From: an uncultured cyanobacterium
Lineage (GTDB): Bacteria > Cyanobacteriota > Cyanobacteriia > Phormidesmidales > Phormidesmidaceae
Direction: 5' to 3'
Length of the DNA: 64,000 nt
Assembly (NCBI GenBank): GCA_963793265.1
Contig: CAWBZI010000003.1
Location: forward strand, 32,001 to 96,000
The position numbers and the translations under genes are program-made. The stretch's first letter is position 1, and every line of letters begins with the position of its first letter. Shown here in pieces: positions 59,288-64,000 of the stretch. Under the pieces are notes generated by a model, which was not told the origin of the DNA, did not search any database, and saw nothing but the letters and a program-made list of their open reading frames with translations.

Positions 59288-60282
59288 TGAAACGTTTGGG
59301 TGTTGTTGCAATTGGTCGAAATGAGGGCGATCGCCTAATCCGCTGCCTGGATTCTTTAAACCAGCATTTGCCTGCTGAGGTGCCTATCGTCTATGTAGAT
59401 TCTGGCTCCACCGACAATAGCGTAGCTGCTGCCAAAGCCAGAGGCGTTAGCGTTGTCGCGTTAGACATGTCGATTCCGTTCACGGGTGCACGCGCGCGCA
59501 ATGAGGGGTTCAGCTATTTGATGAACCATCACCCGCACACCCAATACGTTCAGTTTATTGATGGCGACTGCGAGCTGTTGCCTAGTTGGATGAGCGCTGC
59601 GACTCAAGCACTGGATGCATCGCCTGAATTAGCCGTTGTCTTTGGCCGGTTGCATGAGCGCTTTCCTGACGCTTCACCTTATAACCAGCTTGCTGATATT
59701 GAGTGGGACGTGCCGGTAGGAGAGGCGATCGCCTGCGGTGGCATTTCGCTCATGCGAACAGCACCCTTAAAAGCGGTGGGTGGCTTCAACGAAAAAATGA
59801 TCTGCGGCGAAGAGCCTGAGCTATGTATTCGCTTGCGCCAGCAGGGTTGGAAGCTGCGGCGCATCGATACCGATATGGCAATTCACGATATGGACATGCA
59901 CCGCTTTGGCCAGTGGTGGAAGCGTTCGGTGCGGGGCGGTTGGGCGGTGGCTGAAGGGGCGGCGATGTATGGCGATACTGAGGAGCAGTATATGAAGAAG
60001 CAAAGTGTTAGCGGGTGGATTTGGGGGGCGCTGCTGCCGGTTGGGGCGATCGCATTTGCTACCGTCACCCACGGTTTAACCCTGGCCTTTTTCCTGGCCT
60101 ACGCCCTACTGCTGTTCAAAATTTATAAATACCGGCATCAGCTTGGCGAAGGTCATAAAAAGTCTTTGCTATACGCCTTCTTTTGCACCATCTCCAAAAT
60201 TCCACAGGCAATCGGGCAGGGAAAGTATTGGATTAATCGCTGGCAGCAAAAGCCTGCAACGTTGATTGAGTATAAGGGTTAA
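59284..60282 (+). CDS. Glycosyltransferase family 2
   Basis: IGRNEG, YVDSGSTD, QFIDGDC, GEEPELC. Confidence 0.93.
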   Translation: MMKRLGVVAIGRNEGDRLIRCLDSLNQHLPAEVPIVYVDSGSTDNSVAAAKARGVSVVALDMSIPFTGARARNEGFSYLMNHHPHTQYVQFIDGDCELLPSWMSAATQALDASPELAVVFGRLHERFPDASPYNQLADIEWDVPVGEAIACGGISLMRTAPLKAVGGFNEKMICGEEPELCIRLRQQGWKLRRIDTDMAIHDMDMHRFGQWWKRSVRGGWAVAEGAAMYGDTEEQYMKKQSVSGWIWGALLPVGAIAFATVTHGLTLAFFLAYALLLFKIYKYRHQLGEGHKKSLLYAFFCTISKIPQAIGQGKYWINRWQQKPATLIEYKG

Positions 60283-60286
60283 CAAC

Positions 60287-61311
60287 AGAGCTGTTGCGAA
60301 ATAACAGAGAATGTAGGGCAATGCTTTCCTTCCTTCCGCTTCAGTTTATGCAGCCGCTAGGTAGAAGTTCCATAGCCCTGCTGCGGTGAGCATCAACCGG
60401 TCATCGAAGTTCTCTTTGCGGTTACGGTAGATATCCGCTGCCGCTCGGTATCGCTTGGTACCCCCGAAGGCATGTTCGACTACGATCCGTTCTCCACTAA
60501 ACGCTCGGTTCTCTTCTTTCTGCTTTGCGGTTAACTCACCGCCTCTCGGTTTCTTATGCGGAATTTCTATATTCTCGTACTCTCTTTCCAATCCTTTGAA
60601 CCCCAAGTCCACTTGAATCGGAATATCGACCGGAATATGTTCGGCTAGGACTAAGCCATCGAGCATCGACTTATCGTGATGGCTCCCGTCTTTGACAGGA
60701 CTTAGCAGCAGAATACGCTTATCTTGGTCGCTCAATCCTAGATGCTTACGCGTGTTTCGCTTCTTTTTTCCGGTGTAGGTAAGCTTCTGACGCGTAGAGT
60801 CTTGCGGACGTTGGATAGGACGCTCTACCCCGTCGAGAATGACCCGCTCTGTCTCTGGGAAGCAGGCTATGAACTCGGCTAGAGAGCGCAGTTGACGCTT
60901 GGGCAGCATCATCTGGCGACCTAAGGCAGCTTCGAGCACCGGTTGCAGACGATGCAGCCAGCGATTAGCTTGTGACCGATTGAAGTCGAATAAAAGACCC
61001 GCCAAGTCGAAGGTGGGATAGCACTTGAAGTAGAACAGCACGAAAAACAGCTTGTCTTCTATCTCTAGTAGGTTGGACTTGCGACCCGCACCGGGTTTAC
61101 GTTGGCGGGTAGGCGACGCTGGGTGAGCGGCTTGGTAAGCTGCATCGAAACTCGGTAGCAGTTGGTCGAAGGTTGCTAAGTTCATCCCCGTGAGCGAGCG
61201 CATCAGGCGGTCATCTTTGAACACACGGTTAAGATTCAGCATCGAAGGGGAGGGGGCTAACGAAGTTGCAAGCGTCACAGCTATTTTAGCAGCCTATTTC
61301 GCAACAGCTCT
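60287..61311 (-). mobile_element. Complete IS5-superfamily (ISL2-like) insertion sequence, 1025 bp
   Basis: 17-bp perfect TIRs AGAGCTGTTGCGAAATA (60287-60303) / TATTTCGCAACAGCTCT (61295-61311); AAC direct repeat on both sides. Confidence 0.9.
60346..61278 (-). CDS. DDE transposase (HTH_Tnp_4 + DDE_Tnp_4 type)
   Basis: RSLTGM..FD.L, ILDGVERPIQRP, YTGKKK, HDK, VDLGFKG, ERIVVEHAFGG. Confidence 0.92.
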   Translation of the reverse strand: MTLATSLAPSPSMLNLNRVFKDDRLMRSLTGMNLATFDQLLPSFDAAYQAAHPASPTRQRKPGAGRKSNLLEIEDKLFFVLFYFKCYPTFDLAGLLFDFNRSQANRWLHRLQPVLEAALGRQMMLPKRQLRSLAEFIACFPETERVILDGVERPIQRPQDSTRQKLTYTGKKKRNTRKHLGLSDQDKRILLLSPVKDGSHHDKSMLDGLVLAEHIPVDIPIQVDLGFKGLEREYENIEIPHKKPRGGELTAKQKEENRAFSGERIVVEHAFGGTKRYRAAADIYRNRKENFDDRLMLTAAGLWNFYLAAA

Positions 61312-61340
61312 AACATACGCTTCAAAAATTGTGCCGTTTC

Positions 61341-61670
61341 CTAAACGCCCAAACATTCTGATTCAAAGCGACCGATTATGTAGGGTTCTGCCAAATCACC
61401 CCATCGATATTCAGACACCAACGCCGAGCCACTTACCTCAGCACCTGGTTCGCCCATCAAACTCCGTACCTCTGCCAGCGTCATACCCGCCTTCATCTGC
61501 TCAAAACCTAGCGCTAGTGACGCGCTGCGTTCTACGTAGCGCACTTGTTCAGAACCCGTCGATCCAGAAGGCTGTGGCGAAAGGTTCAATGTAAATCCTG
61601 TTACCAGCAGTGTAGCGATGGACGCGGTGATTATCCCAAGAGGCGATCACACCCAACCCATCACCGACAT
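61341..61670 (-). pseudogene. Small exported SmpA/DUF3862-like protein, in-frame stop at codon 8
   Basis: ATG 61670 MSVMGWV*SPLGIITASIATLLVTGFTL (signal/TM) in frame with FEQMKAGMTLAEVRSLMGEPG...YRW. Confidence 0.55.
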
Positions 61671-61693
61671 CTTTTGAACTGTATTTTTCATAG

Positions 61694-63517
61694 CTATAAA
61701 CTCCAATACTGTTTGCTTAATTCCACTTGCCTTGAAATTCGACTATCCACCTCTTGCTGCAATGCCACCTGTTCATAAAAAATGTCTGTGACCTCCCCCA
61801 TTTCCTGCATTGAAGACACTGGCACGGGTAGTGACTTCAGCGATTGAATCGAGATCATAGAGGTCGATGCACCATTCGATATCTGCACTAGCAGTGCCTG
61901 TCCTGCCTCTGACGCTAAATACATGTACAAATAAACCGGATTTATTACCATCTTTTTAGCTCGTAAGATCAGGCAAGACTGGTTAACTAGCCAGCCACCT
62001 TTGCCGGGAGATGGCGGGGTTGGAGGTGTGATCGCAACTGCCCCAGTTAGCCCCTTAATCGAAACCACAACATCATGTGGTTTCAAGAACAGCAGATCCC
62101 GCTGTTTTGTACTGAGCACAATCTTTGAAAAAGCAACCTTTTTTTCTGGATCAGAGAGATATCCGAACCGAGGAAAATCAGATGTCATCAGCTCCTTGGC
62201 CGGGATGTTTCCATTCTTGTAGATCTTCGCTACAGGTCGAATCGTTTCTACACAATCACCGAGTCTTTTAACTTTGTAGCGTCCGCCTGGCCGACTTGTG
62301 TACGAATGCGCCTTTTGCAGCTCCGCAGAAGGCACATAGCGCAAAACTTCAAGATGGTAGTTGTTTTCAGCAACTTCTTCAATCGGTACATCCTGAACAA
62401 TCTCACGCTGAGAACCTTCTTTGTATGCTTTTAACAACAGCTCCCAGTTCGTTAGCGTTGTCCGATTGCGACCGTCTTTATCAAAGAAATTGTCATTATC
62501 TCCTGCTACAAAACGAATCCGTTTTACACCTCCCTCTGGTCTTAGCACCAGAATTGAAAAGGGGAGTTCGGCACGTGGCAATAGTGCTGATGGCATACTA
62601 ATTACCGCCTCCAGTATGCCACCCTCAACGAGGTGCTTTCGCAGTTCTAGCTCTGCACCTCGCCCAACCAAAAGGCCGTTGTACGCGCCTACAACCACAA
62701 GCTTCTGCGAGCAGTTCAGTAAATTAACTAGCGTATGCACACTCGTTGAAGCCGTTTGCCTTTTGAACGCTCTGTCATTGAGCGATTGAATAGGCGCTTT
62801 AGTAGTCATCTTCCGCCATGGGAGAAATGCGATCGCGCTTTCATGGCGTTGACTCACATCAAACACCTTTCTCTCAAAATCCCAAGGCTCGCGCATTGAG
62901 ATACCAAATGCTGTTTGGCTTAGAAGCCGAGTAAGCTTTGGCAATATCGTTTGACGAGAGACTGCTAAGTGGGCTCTCAGTCCTTCCAATTCTGCAAAAG
63001 CTGAAAATCTGGCGTAGTCATCTGACGGGCAATAGACAGATCTGATTTTGTGCGATCGTGCGATCGCAACTATCAAGCTCACGACTTCATCCGGCACTGC
63101 ACCACTATCAACCTCTAACCGTGAACCGTAAACCGATAGCGAAGGCACAAAAGACTCTAACGCTCCACTCTCAGCAAGCCGAATAGCGGCACCCCAAGTC
63201 TCTACTAATACTGGCAGCGGAATTGTTTTGTACTCATCCGACAGCAAACGTGGCCTGTAAAATCCATGCTTATCTCCAATCCGCATCGAGTTAACCTCAT
63301 CGCATAAGCTCTTAGCAAACTGCTGGCTTGACGAAAAACGGTGTTGATATCGCTGCTTCCTTTCTCGGCCCACGTCACTTATTGAATACTTTCCCAAAGC
63401 CAGCATCGACAGCCATAAAACTGTCGCTGACGCTTCTGGAACAAAGGTTCGCAGACTATCGGGCACTTGTTCCGATCTTTTTAAGTTTTGAATCATATCG
63501 ATGCGAGCAAAGTTCAC
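61694..63517 (-). CDS. HsdM-like N6-MTase fold (degenerate motifs) fused to a single HsdS-like TRD
   Basis: NGLL..RGAELELRKHLVEGGILEAVISMP, ENNYHL..LRY; C-terminal LKPHDVVVSIKG.TG, YLYMYLAS, ISIQSLKSLPVP. Confidence 0.8.
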   Translation of the reverse strand: MNFARIDMIQNLKRSEQVPDSLRTFVPEASATVLWLSMLALGKYSISDVGRERKQRYQHRFSSSQQFAKSLCDEVNSMRIGDKHGFYRPRLLSDEYKTIPLPVLVETWGAAIRLAESGALESFVPSLSVYGSRLEVDSGAVPDEVVSLIVAIARSHKIRSVYCPSDDYARFSAFAELEGLRAHLAVSRQTILPKLTRLLSQTAFGISMREPWDFERKVFDVSQRHESAIAFLPWRKMTTKAPIQSLNDRAFKRQTASTSVHTLVNLLNCSQKLVVVGAYNGLLVGRGAELELRKHLVEGGILEAVISMPSALLPRAELPFSILVLRPEGGVKRIRFVAGDNDNFFDKDGRNRTTLTNWELLLKAYKEGSQREIVQDVPIEEVAENNYHLEVLRYVPSAELQKAHSYTSRPGGRYKVKRLGDCVETIRPVAKIYKNGNIPAKELMTSDFPRFGYLSDPEKKVAFSKIVLSTKQRDLLFLKPHDVVVSIKGLTGAVAITPPTPPSPGKGGWLVNQSCLILRAKKMVINPVYLYMYLASEAGQALLVQISNGASTSMISIQSLKSLPVPVSSMQEMGEVTDIFYEQVALQQEVDSRISRQVELSKQYWSL

Positions 63518-63791
63518 GCCGTTACCTTTTTGCCTCCTTGTATTGCAATCGTAATGCGAGCACAGAAGGATACCAACATTTTCACGACGTGACTTTGTAC
63601 CAGTGTCTACTTTGCTAAGGTTGAATCATTGAAATTTGTGGCGTGACTAGAGCAAATTATTTTATAGATGCTGTCGGTAGGGGTATCAGTGAAGAGGGTA
63701 TCGGTATGATGTACGAGGCTGAATACTTAAAGGGGCGATCAGTACGTCGCTTAGCTAGGAGTAGAACCTGCTGCTATCAAAACGAGTTCGG

Positions 63792-64000
63792 ATGAAGAGC
63801 GAAAAGCAGACACGTATTGAGCTGATTGATCAACTGCTGGCCCAGTCGAGCTGGAACGTCCAAGACCCTACGCAGGTCGTAGAGGAGTTTGGCATTCTGA
63901 CTGCTCAATCTGTAAGAGTCGCTGAACCACCAGCGGCTTACCAGGTTCACCAATTCAGCGATTACGTATTACTTGGCAAAGATGGCAAATGCCCATTTTG
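63792..64000 (+). CDS. Type I restriction subunit HsdR (EcoEI-like), N-terminal fragment; runs off the window
   Basis: Manual translation MKSEKQTRIELIDQLLAQSSWNVQDPTQVVEEF...HQFSDYVLLGKDGK. Confidence 0.75.
   Translation, partial: MKSEKQTRIELIDQLLAQSSWNVQDPTQVVEEFGILTAQSVRVAEPPAAYQVHQFSDYVLLGKDGKCPF

Larger units (their letters stand above)
385..63067. repeat. HIP1 octamer GCGATCGC, dozens of dispersed copies
   Basis: Seen e.g. at 385, 3841, 19201, 63060 and throughout core genes; hallmark of many cyanobacterial genomes. Confidence 0.95.

Noticed and set aside
63985..64000. HsdR frame departs from the expected DGKPLAVVEAK (reads DGKCPF), possible insertion or indel
   Set aside because: Only ~11 nt visible at the window edge; insertion, error and divergence cannot be distinguished

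Overview
Chromosomal window from a cyanobacterium. Evidence: dense HIP1 GCGATCGC octamers plus ntcA, pex, hik2-like kinase, cyAbrB, hli and rnpB; gene style suggests a filamentous Leptolyngbya/Phormidesmis-like organism (inference). Most of 4-50 kb is ordinary core genome: pdxJ, hisC, sppA, fni, pyrR, cobD, fabI, GH3 hexosaminidase, rbfA, dam, rnc and a Gld-like ABC module. A polysaccharide cluster follows at 50-60 kb. Four accessory zones stand out. (1) 1-3.7 kb is a rearranged defence-island remnant: the 5' part of a BREX-2/Pgl PglY ATPase, a 5'-decapitated MazF/PemK toxin fused back-to-back to a 5'-truncated ML-class group II intron, and the 3' exon of a YhcG/DUF1016 nuclease. The intron's own 3' end supplies a Shine-Dalgarno and an in-frame ATG to that exon. 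(2) 8.5-13.6 kb is an uncharacterised module: a 1156-aa protein with a putative N-terminal HTH and a long helical/TPR-like body, divergent small genes including an NfeD-like OB-fold, and an AT-rich palindrome-bearing promoter. (3) 37.2-39.0 kb is an AT-rich islet with an internally deleted DUF262-DUF1524 (GmrSD/SspE-like) gene and a PIN toxin-antitoxin pair. (4) 60.3-64 kb holds a complete IS5-superfamily element, a catalytically degenerate HsdM-HsdS fusion and the start of a type I HsdR. Three single-base frameshifts in short homopolymers (fabI, GH3, gldG-like) are most likely sequencing errors. No tRNA, rRNA or CRISPR array was seen. All family assignments come from motif recognition, not database searches.
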